Below, piece after piece: positions 48,627 through 57,541 of a stretch of DNA of 64,000 nucleotides. The translations under genes and the position numbers were made by a program. How positions within the stretch are numbered: the first letter of the stretch is position 1; each line of letters starts with the position of its first letter. The stretch is taken from positions 32,001-96,000 of the forward strand of contig CAXWPH010000001.1 in assembly GCA_963666055.2 (NCBI GenBank). The letters run 5' to 3'. The stretch comes from Acidobacteriota bacterium (lineage in GTDB: Bacteria > Acidobacteriota > UBA890 > WLXD01). The notes under the pieces are model-generated. The model had not been told where the DNA came from. It saw only the letters and a list, made by a program, of their open reading frames with translations, and ran no database searches.

Positions 48627-49283
48627 TCACAGATCGTACTCGGGCTCGATCCACTCCTCCCGCGCAGCGGCGTTGCACCATTCGACAATATGGGGATGCC
48701 GCCAGACCGACTGCGCGTATTGTTCGCAGACGTCATCCAACTCGACGGCATAGGTGCGAAAGCGACTCACTACGGGAGCGTAGGTCATGTCTGCCGCGGA
48801 GTAGGCACCGAACAAATACTCCCCCTCCTTCGCCTGTGTACGACAGCGGCGCCAAATCTGCGTAACCCGGGCGATGTCCTCGGCGACACCGGCCTCTCTG
48901 CCTACACCTGGGCTCGAGCGGCGACAGTTAAACGGCATCGCCGCCCGTAGGGCGGTGAACCCAGCGTGCATCTCAGCCACCACAGACCGGGCTCGCGCCC
49001 GATCGGCCTCGACGGCGGGCCAGATCCGAGCTTCTGGAAATCGCTCGGCGAGATACTCGGTGATCGCCAGCGAGTCCCAGATGATCAGGTCGCCGTGGCG
49101 CAGGGCCGGGACCTTTCGAGACGGTGAGTACTCCCCGATTCGGTCGCGCACGCCGTCGGCACCGAGATGAAACGCTACTTCGTCGAATTCACATCCCGAC
49201 TGACGCACCGCAAGCCAGCCGCGCATCGACCACGAGGAGTAGTTCTTGTTGCCGTGGTAGAGGACGTATGCGTCAGCGTTCAT
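48627..49283 (-). CDS. glutathione S-transferase family protein
   Basis: GNKNYSSWSMRGWL, SPSRKVPAL, WDSLAITEYLAE, ADMTYAPVVSRF; AAGGAG RBS. Confidence 0.92.
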   Translation of the reverse strand: MNADAYVLYHGNKNYSSWSMRGWLAVRQSGCEFDEVAFHLGADGVRDRIGEYSPSRKVPALRHGDLIIWDSLAITEYLAERFPEARIWPAVEADRARARSVVAEMHAGFTALRAAMPFNCRRSSPGVGREAGVAEDIARVTQIWRRCRTQAKEGEYLFGAYSAADMTYAPVVSRFRTYAVELDDVCEQYAQSVWRHPHIVEWCNAAAREEWIEPEYDL

Positions 49284-49355
49284 GCTTGCCGCTCCTTTCG
49301 GAGCCCCCCGACTCCAACACAGGCCATCGCTTGCCAAACAGGCGGGAACACCGTC

Positions 49356-51278
49356 TCAGTTGCCGTGAACAGCGTACAGATGCTGGTGACCGCGAATATA
49401 GATACGACCGTTGGCGATGGCCGGCGAGGCGTAGATAACCTCATCGAGGTGATTCCTGGCGATCTCCTTGTACTCTCGTCCGGCCTCGAGGACGGCGACG
49501 GAGCCGTCGGCGCCGGCGATGTAGAGCTTGCCATCCCCTGCTACCGGCGAGGCCGTGTACTGCGCCCCCAAGCGCTGTCTCCAGAGGATCTCGCCGGTGG
49601 CCGGGTCGGCGCAAAACATCCGACCATTCTGAGTTACCCAGTAGATGAGGTCGCCGTAGATGATCGGCGACGACACGTCCGGAGTACCACGACTGACCTT
49701 CCAACGAAACGGGCGGCGCTTGGAGGTCGCGGTCCGCTCCGCCTCATGACCGTCCTCATCGGTCAAGGCCACCGCGGCGATCACCGCCGGGCCGTAGAGC
49801 CCGCCGGACATGAAGGCGGTCTCGCCGTTTGCAACCACGCTCGGGACCGGCACGTGCAGCGGCGTCTCCACCGACCAGAGGTGTTCCCCGGAGTCGGCAT
49901 CGTAAGCATGCATGTGATCGTTGACGCTTATCAGTACCGACACGCCACCCGATGTCGGCACCAGCAGAGGCGTTCCGAAGGCGTCGCGACCACCAGCCAT
50001 GCCGTCGACCCGCCAGCGTTCCTCGCCGGTCGCCAAGTCCAGTGAGACGAGATACGACAACGACTCGAATGACGTGTCGGTCGTGGCCTCCTCCATGCCG
50101 GCCTCGCGCGTCTCCGGCAGGAACATGAACAGCACGTTTTCTCCGTAAATCACCGGCGATATCGCCGCGCCGTGGCGCAGGTAGCGCATGAACAGCGGCT
50201 CCCGGCGCTCCCAGAGGATGTTGCCGTCGAAGTCCATGGTCACCAGCGTGGGGCCAAAGTTGACGACCACGTATCGACCGTCCGTTGCCGGCGTCGGCGA
50301 GGCATAGGAGTTGGTCGGGTATTTGCGCCCAGAGGGCGCGCCCACCCCCTGTGTCCAGATTTCTTCGCCGGTGTCCGCATCGAGCGCTGTGACGGCGCGC
50401 CAGAGCCCGACGCTGGGCTCCACGAAGTTGAAGAAGGCGAAGCTGAGCAGGCCGAGAACCGCCAACCCCCCCGCGGCCACGTAGACGATCGACGCCGACG
50501 CCCGCCGCGGTCGCCCGGCGAGGCGCACGATCATCCAAAAGACAACGAACCAGGCGACCGCGATAGCGGCGGACCTCAGTACGTTCATCTGCCACTCTGC
50601 GGGAACCGCCAAGTTCGCAAGCCCACGTGGCTGATTGAAGTGGAACGCGGCGGTAGCAGCGGCCAGCGATCCGGCAGCGACCAGGCGCAACCAACTCCCC
50701 GCCCGCAGCGTCCCCACCGACGCTATCAACCCGAGGACGATGACCTCGGCACTCAGGATCCAGGTCAGGTGGGGACTCTCGACATTGAAGCCGGCGCTCT
50801 TCCACAGCAGCAAATCGGTCAGCTTCCACAGGAAGTACAGCCCCACCGAGAGGACTGCCAGCGTCTCGAGCCTGACCGCCTGACCCACCCAAAAAGGTGC
50901 CGACGATACGTCGTAATCACGGAGCCCGGGGCCGCGCCAGGCGCACATCAGCATGAGCACCAGAACCGCCAGGCCCAGCAGCCCGCTGACCGCGATCAAG
51001 AGCGACTTGGTAAAAACCGTGTCGGTGCGCTCATAGGCAGTGGTAACGAGGACTCGATCACCAAACACTACCGGCGAGGAGTGCCCCGCGCCGGGAAGAG
51101 ACTTCTTCCAAAGAACGCCCCGCTCGGTATCCCATTCGACCGGCAGGTTTATTTCGCGCGACACGCCGCTACCATCCCCTCGCCAGCCCGGCCAGTTGCC
51201 CTCCTGGGCGCTCACATCGGATGTCAGGGCGGCAATGACGAAGACGAGGGCCCCGATCGTGGTGGCTCGTGTACGCAT
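49356..51278 (-). CDS. PQQ-like (BamB-type) beta-propeller protein with an inserted multi-TM segment
   Basis: Signal peptide, NWPGWRG, GHSSPVV, YASPTPATDG, LDxxTGxxxW repeats, YASPAIANGRIYIR. Confidence 0.82.
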   Translation of the reverse strand: MRTRATTIGALVFVIAALTSDVSAQEGNWPGWRGDGSGVSREINLPVEWDTERGVLWKKSLPGAGHSSPVVFGDRVLVTTAYERTDTVFTKSLLIAVSGLLGLAVLVLMLMCAWRGPGLRDYDVSSAPFWVGQAVRLETLAVLSVGLYFLWKLTDLLLWKSAGFNVESPHLTWILSAEVIVLGLIASVGTLRAGSWLRLVAAGSLAAATAAFHFNQPRGLANLAVPAEWQMNVLRSAAIAVAWFVVFWMIVRLAGRPRRASASIVYVAAGGLAVLGLLSFAFFNFVEPSVGLWRAVTALDADTGEEIWTQGVGAPSGRKYPTNSYASPTPATDGRYVVVNFGPTLVTMDFDGNILWERREPLFMRYLRHGAAISPVIYGENVLFMFLPETREAGMEEATTDTSFESLSYLVSLDLATGEERWRVDGMAGGRDAFGTPLLVPTSGGVSVLISVNDHMHAYDADSGEHLWSVETPLHVPVPSVVANGETAFMSGGLYGPAVIAAVALTDEDGHEAERTATSKRRPFRWKVSRGTPDVSSPIIYGDLIYWVTQNGRMFCADPATGEILWRQRLGAQYTASPVAGDGKLYIAGADGSVAVLEAGREYKEIARNHLDEVIYASPAIANGRIYIRGHQHLYAVHGN

Positions 51279-51512
51279 GGGTTGGGCTCCTGCGGCTCGC
51301 GCTCCTGTCTGCCGGAGCAGGACGTTTCCCCCTACCCCCGCATCCGCGAAGTATAGGACGGCCCTGCGAGCCTCGTCAGCGAAACGTGGCCGAGCTCTCG
51401 CCGAGCAGGTCCGTTGCCGCCCGGACTGTCACGGCGCCCGATCGAAGCCTCTTGACCACGGTCTTCGGCGCATTTACGCTCCCACGGCGTTCATTGTTCA
51501 CCTTGGGAATCG

Positions 51513-52367
51513 ATGCGAACAATCGCTGTTAGCAACATCAAGGGCGGCGTCGGCAAGACGACGACGGCGTTCAATCTCGCCGCCGTGCTGGCCGAGCTCG
51601 GGTCATACCGTGCTGCTCATCGATGCCGACTCTCAGGGGAGCCTCACGGAATACCTCGATTTGCGCGCCCTCGGAGCGCACCACACCCTCGCCGACGTGC
51701 TCCGCGGCCAGGCAACGATCGGTACAGCCGCCGTCCGCACACGGATTCCCGGAATTTGGGGCGTCGCCGCGGCGCCGCTGCTCGATGAGATCAATCGGCG
51801 CAACTTGGCGGGCGAGCGCGCGTGCTGCTGGCTCGCCTCCCGGAGACCTGCGACTACGCCATCATCGATTGCCCACCCAGCAATGGGGTGGTGCTGCTCA
51901 ACGCTTACGTGGCGGCGCAGCACATCCTCTGCCCCATACAGGCTCGTGGCATGAACTTCCAAGGCGTCGAACGCGTGCTGGCGTTGGTAGGAGAGTTGCG
52001 CGATCTGGGCGCAAATCCGAGTCTCGACCTGCTCGGCATTTTCGCGAATGCGTTCGACTCTCGCACTCGTATCGCCCGTCAGGTCCTCGAAAAAATGAGA
52101 GCAAACTACGGTGACCTGGTCCTCGACACGGTGGTGAACGATTGCGTACAGATCTCGGAGTCGACCGACGCGCGCGCGCCGATCACGCGATATGCGCCGG
52201 CCACCCGGGCGGCGGCTGAGTTCCGGTCGCTGACCAGAGAGATCATCCGCCGGGCAGCCTCCCGCAGGGGATACTTCGGATTGCCTCAGCACCATGAGGA
52301 GAGCCGGCGCCTCACACTGATCGACGGCCACTCAACACAGGCCCGACACCAGTCTGCCGGCCTCTGA
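51513..52367 (+). CDS. ParA/Soj family ATPase; two frameshifts
   Basis: KGGVGKTT deviant Walker [13 protein letters not shown] in a shifted frame, IIDCPPS. Shifts at ~51600-51602 (G3) and ~51820 (extra GC) give a net zero. Confidence 0.78.
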
Positions 52368-52371
52368 GCCG

Positions 52372-53067
52372 TTGCACCTGCGTGACTGGCCACTTTGGGC
52401 CTGGGCGCTCCTGACCATCGTCGTCTACCCGCTAGGCTACGAGCTCACCGTTGGCGCCTACACGTTCTCGACCGCCGTTGCGCTGCTGGCAGGCTGCGTG
52501 CTCGGTACCTCGGGTGTGGTTCGCTCGCAGGGCATGGCGCTAGTGGCTCTCATGGCGCTGAGCCTCATGGGCGTCGTCGGAGAAGTCGCCGACTGGGGCT
52601 ACATGGCAGGCCGTGTAGCGGCAGGCGCAGCAGCGAGCCATTTGGTCACTGACACCGCTCAGCTGGGCCGCCGATCCATCCGATGGATCCTGCTGATCAT
52701 GGCTCTGGTGACCGCGGCCACGGCGTACGCCTGGCAGGAGCCGTGGATTGGTCAGCAGCTCAAGCCCTATTTCAACGCCGTTCTGGTCCTGGCCCTGGTA
52801 ATTGCGTTCTTCTACACCCTGCGGCTCGTGGCGCGGCCGGCTCGAGTTCTGGCGCTCACCGCCAGCCTCGCGCCCTACTATGCGGCGGGCCTCGCATGGG
52901 CCGCTCTGAGTCAGCGCTATTTGCAGTCCGCCGGCGCGGTCATGGCTCCGGGGGATCTACTGTTTCACGGCTATGTGACCCATGTGCCAGGCGACGTGCT
53001 GATGACCGTCGCGGTCGCGTTCCTTACCGGACCCAAGCACGGTGAGCGCGCCGCCCCGTTGCGTTGA
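52372..53067 (+). CDS. hypothetical integral membrane protein
   Basis: 231 aa with about 7-8 hydrophobic segments; TTG start 4 bp after parA. Confidence 0.65.
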   Translation: MHLRDWPLWAWALLTIVVYPLGYELTVGAYTFSTAVALLAGCVLGTSGVVRSQGMALVALMALSLMGVVGEVADWGYMAGRVAAGAAASHLVTDTAQLGRRSIRWILLIMALVTAATAYAWQEPWIGQQLKPYFNAVLVLALVIAFFYTLRLVARPARVLALTASLAPYYAAGLAWAALSQRYLQSAGAVMAPGDLLFHGYVTHVPGDVLMTVAVAFLTGPKHGERAAPLR

Positions 53068-53093
53068 CCGTTTTCGCGTGCCGCTGCTATAGT
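53064..53093 (+). promoter_or_regulatory. sigma70-type promoter for tRNA-Val/thrS operon
   Basis: TTGACC (53064-53069), 18-bp spacer, extended -10 TGcTATAGT (53085-53093). Confidence 0.7.
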
Positions 53094-53157
53094 TCCAACC
53101 TTGCCGCGGCTCTCGTGCACACCTGCTAGCAGGCCGAGAGCCGCGTTGTTTTAGCGC

Positions 53158-53230
53158 AGGCGCGTAGCTCAGTTGGGAGAGCGCTTCCCTGACGCGGAAG
53201 AGGTCGTCGGTTCGAGCCCGGCCGCGCCTA
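53158..53230 (+). tRNA. tRNA-Val (GAC), CCA not encoded
   Basis: Acceptor stem AGGCGCG/CGCGCCT, D arm GCTC..GAGC, anticodon arm CTTCC-CTGACGC-GGAAG, T loop GGTTCGAGCC. Confidence 0.95.
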
Positions 53231-53277
53231 TTCATCCTTCCACCAGTCGTGGTGAAGGGACCCGTGCGAATGCATCG

Positions 53278-55233
53278 ATGAGTCAGCTCCAGATCAAGAT
53301 CAGCGGCCAGACGCACGACGTCGACGACGGCGCACGCGTCGGCGAGTTCCTGGCGCAAGCTGCTCCCGACTGGCTCGCCACCGGAGTCGGTGTGCGCCTC
53401 GGCGAGCACGATCTCGATTTCCAGATGGCACTGGAGGAGTCGGGCGAGCTCGAGCTCATCAGCGCCGAGTCGAATCCGGCCGCCGCCCTGGAAATGGTTC
53501 GCCATACGGCATCTCACGTGATGGCGCAGTCTGTGCAGCAGTTGTTTGGTGATACGCAGGTGGGAATCGGCCCGCCGACCGCCACTGGTTTCTACTACGA
53601 TTTCCTGCGCGAGCGACCGTTCACGCCGGAAGACCTGGAGAAGATCGAAGCGCGGATGCGGGAGCTGATTGCCGACGATCAGCCGATGCTGCGTCTCGAG
53701 ATGCCAAAGGAAAAAGCACTGGAGCTGTTCGCGAGCAAAGACGAGTCGCTCAAATGCGAGCTTATCCGCGACAAGGGCGGCGACTCCGTCTCCTGTTATC
53801 AGCAGGGCGAGTTCATCGATTTCTGCACCGGGCCGCACCTGCCATCGACGGCACACATCCCTTTCGTCAAGGTACTGCACTCGGCAGCGGCCCACTGGCG
53901 CGGCCGCGACGACGCGCCGATGATGCAGCGTATCTACGCCACCGCGTTCTTCTCCGACGAGGCTCTTCAGGAGCATCTCGATCAACTCGAGGAGATTCGC
54001 AGACGGGACCATCGTCGCCTCGGAACCGACCTCGATCTCTACCACATCGACGAAACGGCGGGACCGGGCATGGTCTTCTGGCATCCGAAGGGTGCCTTGA
54101 TCAGGTCCCTGATCGAGGACTATCTGCGTGCGGAGCACCTACGACGTGGCTATGACCTCGTGTACACGCCGCACATCGCTCGCCGGAAGCTATGGGAGAA
54201 GTCCGGGCACTGGGATTACTATCGGGACAACATGTACTCGCTCAACATCGACGAGCAGGAATACGTCCTCAGACCGATGAACTGCCCAGGCCACATCCTC
54301 GTGTACCAGACCCGCGGTCGCTCGTACCGTGAGCTACCAGTGCGCTTGGCGGAGTTCGGCACCGTCTACCGCTACGAGCGCTCTGGCGTCCTACACGGGA
54401 TGCTGCGGGTCCGCGGGTTCACCCAGGACGATGCGCATCTGTTCTGCACACCCGAACAGATCGACGAGGAGATCCTGGGCACTTTGCAATTCATGCGCGA
54501 CCTCTTGGCAACGTTCGGTTTCGACGAGTACAGCGTCGAGCTCTCGGTTCGGGACCCCGAAAATACTGCTAAGTATGCAGGCTCCGACGCCGACTGGGAG
54601 CGCGCCGAGACGGCGCTCAGCCGGGCGCTCGATGCGGAGGGGTTCGACTACACGCGGGTGGAAGGCGGGGCGGTCTTCTATGGACCCAAGATTGACATCC
54701 AGGTCACCGACGCGATCGGCCGCAAATGGCAATGCTCCACCGTACAGTTCGACTTCACCCTTCCCGAACGCTTCGACATCGCCTTCATTGGGAGCGACTC
54801 CCACGAACACCGTGTGATCATGATCCACCGAGCGCTGCTGGGGTCGTTCGAGCGTTTCTTCGGTATGTTGGTGGAGCACTACGCGGGCGCCTTCCCACTC
54901 TGGCTAGCGCCGACACAGGCGACCGTGATTCCCATCGCAGACCGGCACGGCGACTACGCTCGGCAGATCGCCGATGAAGCGCGAGCGCGCGGCCTTCGTG
55001 TTTCTGTCGACCAGCGCTCCGAAAAGATGGGCGCCAAGATCCGCGAGGCTCAGATGCAAAAGACCCCGTTCATGTTGGTGGTCGGCGACCGCGAGGTCGA
55101 GGCCGGCCAGGTGGCCGTTCGTCACCGCGCCGCAGGCAATCTCGGCGCGATGCCGGTGTCGGAGTTCATCGAGCGAACCGTGGCCGACGTCGAGGTCCGT
55201 GCCCTTCAGGAGTGGCCTGTCGAGGCGGACTGA
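53278..55233 (+). CDS. thrS: threonine--tRNA ligase
   Basis: RHTASHVMAQ, DFCTGPH, RDHRRLG, RPMNCPGH, RVRGFTQDDAH, MIHRALLGS. Start is ATG 53278; the ORF-track start lies inside the tRNA. Confidence 0.97.
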   Translation: MSQLQIKISGQTHDVDDGARVGEFLAQAAPDWLATGVGVRLGEHDLDFQMALEESGELELISAESNPAAALEMVRHTASHVMAQSVQQLFGDTQVGIGPPTATGFYYDFLRERPFTPEDLEKIEARMRELIADDQPMLRLEMPKEKALELFASKDESLKCELIRDKGGDSVSCYQQGEFIDFCTGPHLPSTAHIPFVKVLHSAAAHWRGRDDAPMMQRIYATAFFSDEALQEHLDQLEEIRRRDHRRLGTDLDLYHIDETAGPGMVFWHPKGALIRSLIEDYLRAEHLRRGYDLVYTPHIARRKLWEKSGHWDYYRDNMYSLNIDEQEYVLRPMNCPGHILVYQTRGRSYRELPVRLAEFGTVYRYERSGVLHGMLRVRGFTQDDAHLFCTPEQIDEEILGTLQFMRDLLATFGFDEYSVELSVRDPENTAKYAGSDADWERAETALSRALDAEGFDYTRVEGGAVFYGPKIDIQVTDAIGRKWQCSTVQFDFTLPERFDIAFIGSDSHEHRVIMIHRALLGSFERFFGMLVEHYAGAFPLWLAPTQATVIPIADRHGDYARQIADEARARGLRVSVDQRSEKMGAKIREAQMQKTPFMLVVGDREVEAGQVAVRHRAAGNLGAMPVSEFIERTVADVEVRALQEWPVEAD

Positions 55234-55302
55234 GGCATCCTGTAGTATCCGCCGCCCGAGTTCGGCGGGTGATACGCGCCAACCATTCGAGGAAACCAAC
55301 CA

Positions 55303-55812
55303 ATTAGCAACAAGCGCCATCGTATAAACGAAAGCATTCGCGTCCCGCAGGTTCGTCTGATCGACGGAGACGGTAACCAGGCCGGCATCGTCGCCACCGA
55401 GGAGGCCATGGATCTGGCTCGCCAGGCAAGTCTGGATCTGGTCGAGGTCGCGCCCACGGCGCAGCCGCCCGTATGCCGGCTTATGGACTACGGCAAGTAC
55501 GTCTACCGTCTGGCGAAAGATCGCAAGCAAAAGGCACATCAGCCACAGCTCAAAGAAGTAAAATTCCGGCCCAAGATCGACGAGCACGACTACGCCTTCA
55601 AGCTCAACCACATCAAGCGATTTCTCGGCGAAGGTCACATGATCAAGGCGACGATCATGTTTCGCGGCCGCGAAATGGTACATCCAGAGCTCGGACGGCG
55701 CATTCTGGAACGCGTCCAAGAGGACCTCGACGAGGGCAGCTTCAGGGTCGAGAGTCGCCCCAGCATGCTGGGACGGCAGATGATCATGATCCTGACACCG
55801 AAACGCGACTGA
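55303..55812 (+). CDS. infC: translation initiation factor IF-3 (ATT start)
   Basis: GAGG RBS then in-frame ATT at 55303 giving [21 protein letters not shown]; [33 protein letters not shown]. Confidence 0.95.
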   Translation: MSNKRHRINESIRVPQVRLIDGDGNQAGIVATEEAMDLARQASLDLVEVAPTAQPPVCRLMDYGKYVYRLAKDRKQKAHQPQLKEVKFRPKIDEHDYAFKLNHIKRFLGEGHMIKATIMFRGREMVHPELGRRILERVQEDLDEGSFRVESRPSMLGRQMIMILTPKRD

Positions 55813-55876
55813 GGCTCCTGCAAACACCTGGGCGCGAGGAACGTCCGCGGGTATTCCGTGGTCAACGAGGAACGAC

Positions 55877-56071
55877 ATGCCGAAGATGAAGACGCATCGC
55901 GGCGCAGCCAAGCGCTTCAAACGCACCGGTACCGGCAAGCTAGTGCGCCGCAAGGCCTACAAGGCCCACATCCTGACCAAGAAGTCGCGCAAGCGGAAGC
56001 GGCGGCTCGGCAAACCGACTACGCTGACCAGCGCCGACTACAAGCGCGTGGATCGGCTGCTCCCCGGCTAG
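55877..56071 (+). CDS. rpmI: 50S ribosomal protein L35
   Basis: [21 protein letters not shown]. Confidence 0.97.
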   Translation: MPKMKTHRGAAKRFKRTGTGKLVRRKAYKAHILTKKSRKRKRRLGKPTTLTSADYKRVDRLLPG

Positions 56072-56096
56072 CCGGCCAGCAACGGAGGAAACACCC

Positions 56097-56450
56097 ATGC
56101 GCGTCAAGCGCGGCAATGTCCATACGAGGCGGCGCCGCCGTGTTCTCAAGCAGGCGAAGGGTTACTTCGGCGCCAGGAGCCGCCTCTACAGCGAGGCGAG
56201 CGAGGCAGTCGACCGCGCGCTGCAGTACGCGTTCCATGGCCGCAAGCGCAAGAAGCGCGACTATCGCCGTCTATGGATCACGCGAATCAACGCGGCAAGC
56301 CGTGAGCACGGACTGTCCTACAGCCAGTTCATCAACGGCCTCGCGGTCGCCGGCGTCGGCCTTGACCGCAAAGTGCTTGCCGAGCTCGCCGTAAAGGATC
56401 CGCACGCCTTCGAGGCGCTCGCCTCCACCGCCAAGAACGCCCTTAGCTGA
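56097..56450 (+). CDS. rplT: 50S ribosomal protein L20
   Basis: [33 protein letters not shown]. Confidence 0.97.
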   Translation: MRVKRGNVHTRRRRRVLKQAKGYFGARSRLYSEASEAVDRALQYAFHGRKRKKRDYRRLWITRINAASREHGLSYSQFINGLAVAGVGLDRKVLAELAVKDPHAFEALASTAKNALS

Positions 56451-56457
56451 GCTGGAT

Positions 56458-57531
56458 ATGGCGGCTGCCCCGCTGGACGACGTGGCGGGCGCGGCCACTG
56501 ATCCGCTAGAGCTCGTCGAGACGATCGTCGAAGAGTTTCACCGCGAGAGCGCCGACGTGACCGATCTCGACACGCTCGAAGAGATCCAGGCACGCTACCT
56601 GGGTCGCAAGCGCGGTCGACTGACCGCCGTCTTTCAGGACATGCGGAATCTCGATGCCGATACGAAGCGGCAGGTAGGCGCGGCGGCAAATCGCGCCAGA
56701 CAGGTCATCGGCACGGCGCTGGTGGAGATCGAGCATCGGCTCCGCGTCGCCGCATCCGCCACGCGTGCCAGAGACGAGGCCATCGACGTCACCCAACCGG
56801 CGGTACCCGACGCGCTCGGCGGACTTCACCCGATCACGCGTACGCTCACCGAGATTGAGAATATCTTCGTTGCCATGGGGTACGAAGTAGTCGACGGACC
56901 CGAGATCGAGACCGACTGGTACAACTTCGGAGCGCTCAATTTTCCACCCGATCACCCGGCGCGCGACGCCCAGGACACCTTGCATCTGGACGACGACCTG
57001 CTGCTTCGCACGCACACTTCGCCCGTCCAGATTCGCTACATGGAGACGCACAAACCTCCCTTCGCGATCATCGTCCCTGGGCGCGTCTTCCGCCGTGACA
57101 CGCCGGACGCAACCCACACGCCGATGTTCGTCCAGCTCGAGGGCCTGGTGGTCGACACCGACATCACGTTGGCAGACCTGAAAGGCACACTCGATACGTT
57201 CGCCAAGGCGCTATTCGGACCCCAAACGGCGACGCGATTTCGACCCGGGTACTTTCCGTTCACCGAGCCTTCTGCCGAGCTCGACGCCACCTGCCCCGCC
57301 TGTAGCGGCGAGGGATGTCGCACCTGCAAGGGATCAGGCTGGGTAGAACTGCTGGGCGCCGGCATGGTGCACCCCGTGCTGTTCGAGAACGTCGGCTACG
57401 AGCCTGGCCGTTACCAGGGTTTCGCGTTCGGCTTCGGTATCGACCGCATCACGGCGGTGCGCTACGGCGTCGAGGACATCCGCTACTACTACGAAAACGA
57501 CCTGCGCTTCCTGCGCCAGTTTGCTTCCTAG
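56458..57531 (+). CDS. pheS: phenylalanine--tRNA ligase alpha subunit
   Basis: HPARDAQDT, LLRTHTSPVQIR, RFRPGYFPFTEPS, GFAFGFGIDR. Confidence 0.97.
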   Translation: MAAAPLDDVAGAATDPLELVETIVEEFHRESADVTDLDTLEEIQARYLGRKRGRLTAVFQDMRNLDADTKRQVGAAANRARQVIGTALVEIEHRLRVAASATRARDEAIDVTQPAVPDALGGLHPITRTLTEIENIFVAMGYEVVDGPEIETDWYNFGALNFPPDHPARDAQDTLHLDDDLLLRTHTSPVQIRYMETHKPPFAIIVPGRVFRRDTPDATHTPMFVQLEGLVVDTDITLADLKGTLDTFAKALFGPQTATRFRPGYFPFTEPSAELDATCPACSGEGCRTCKGSGWVELLGAGMVHPVLFENVGYEPGRYQGFAFGFGIDRITAVRYGVEDIRYYYENDLRFLRQFAS

Positions 57532-57541
57532 TCGCCGCCCG

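Noticed and set aside
53158-53230. tRNA as integration site for the accessory region
   Set aside because: The accessory genes lie 5' of the tRNA, thrS follows directly, and no integrase or duplicated tRNA 3' end was seen.
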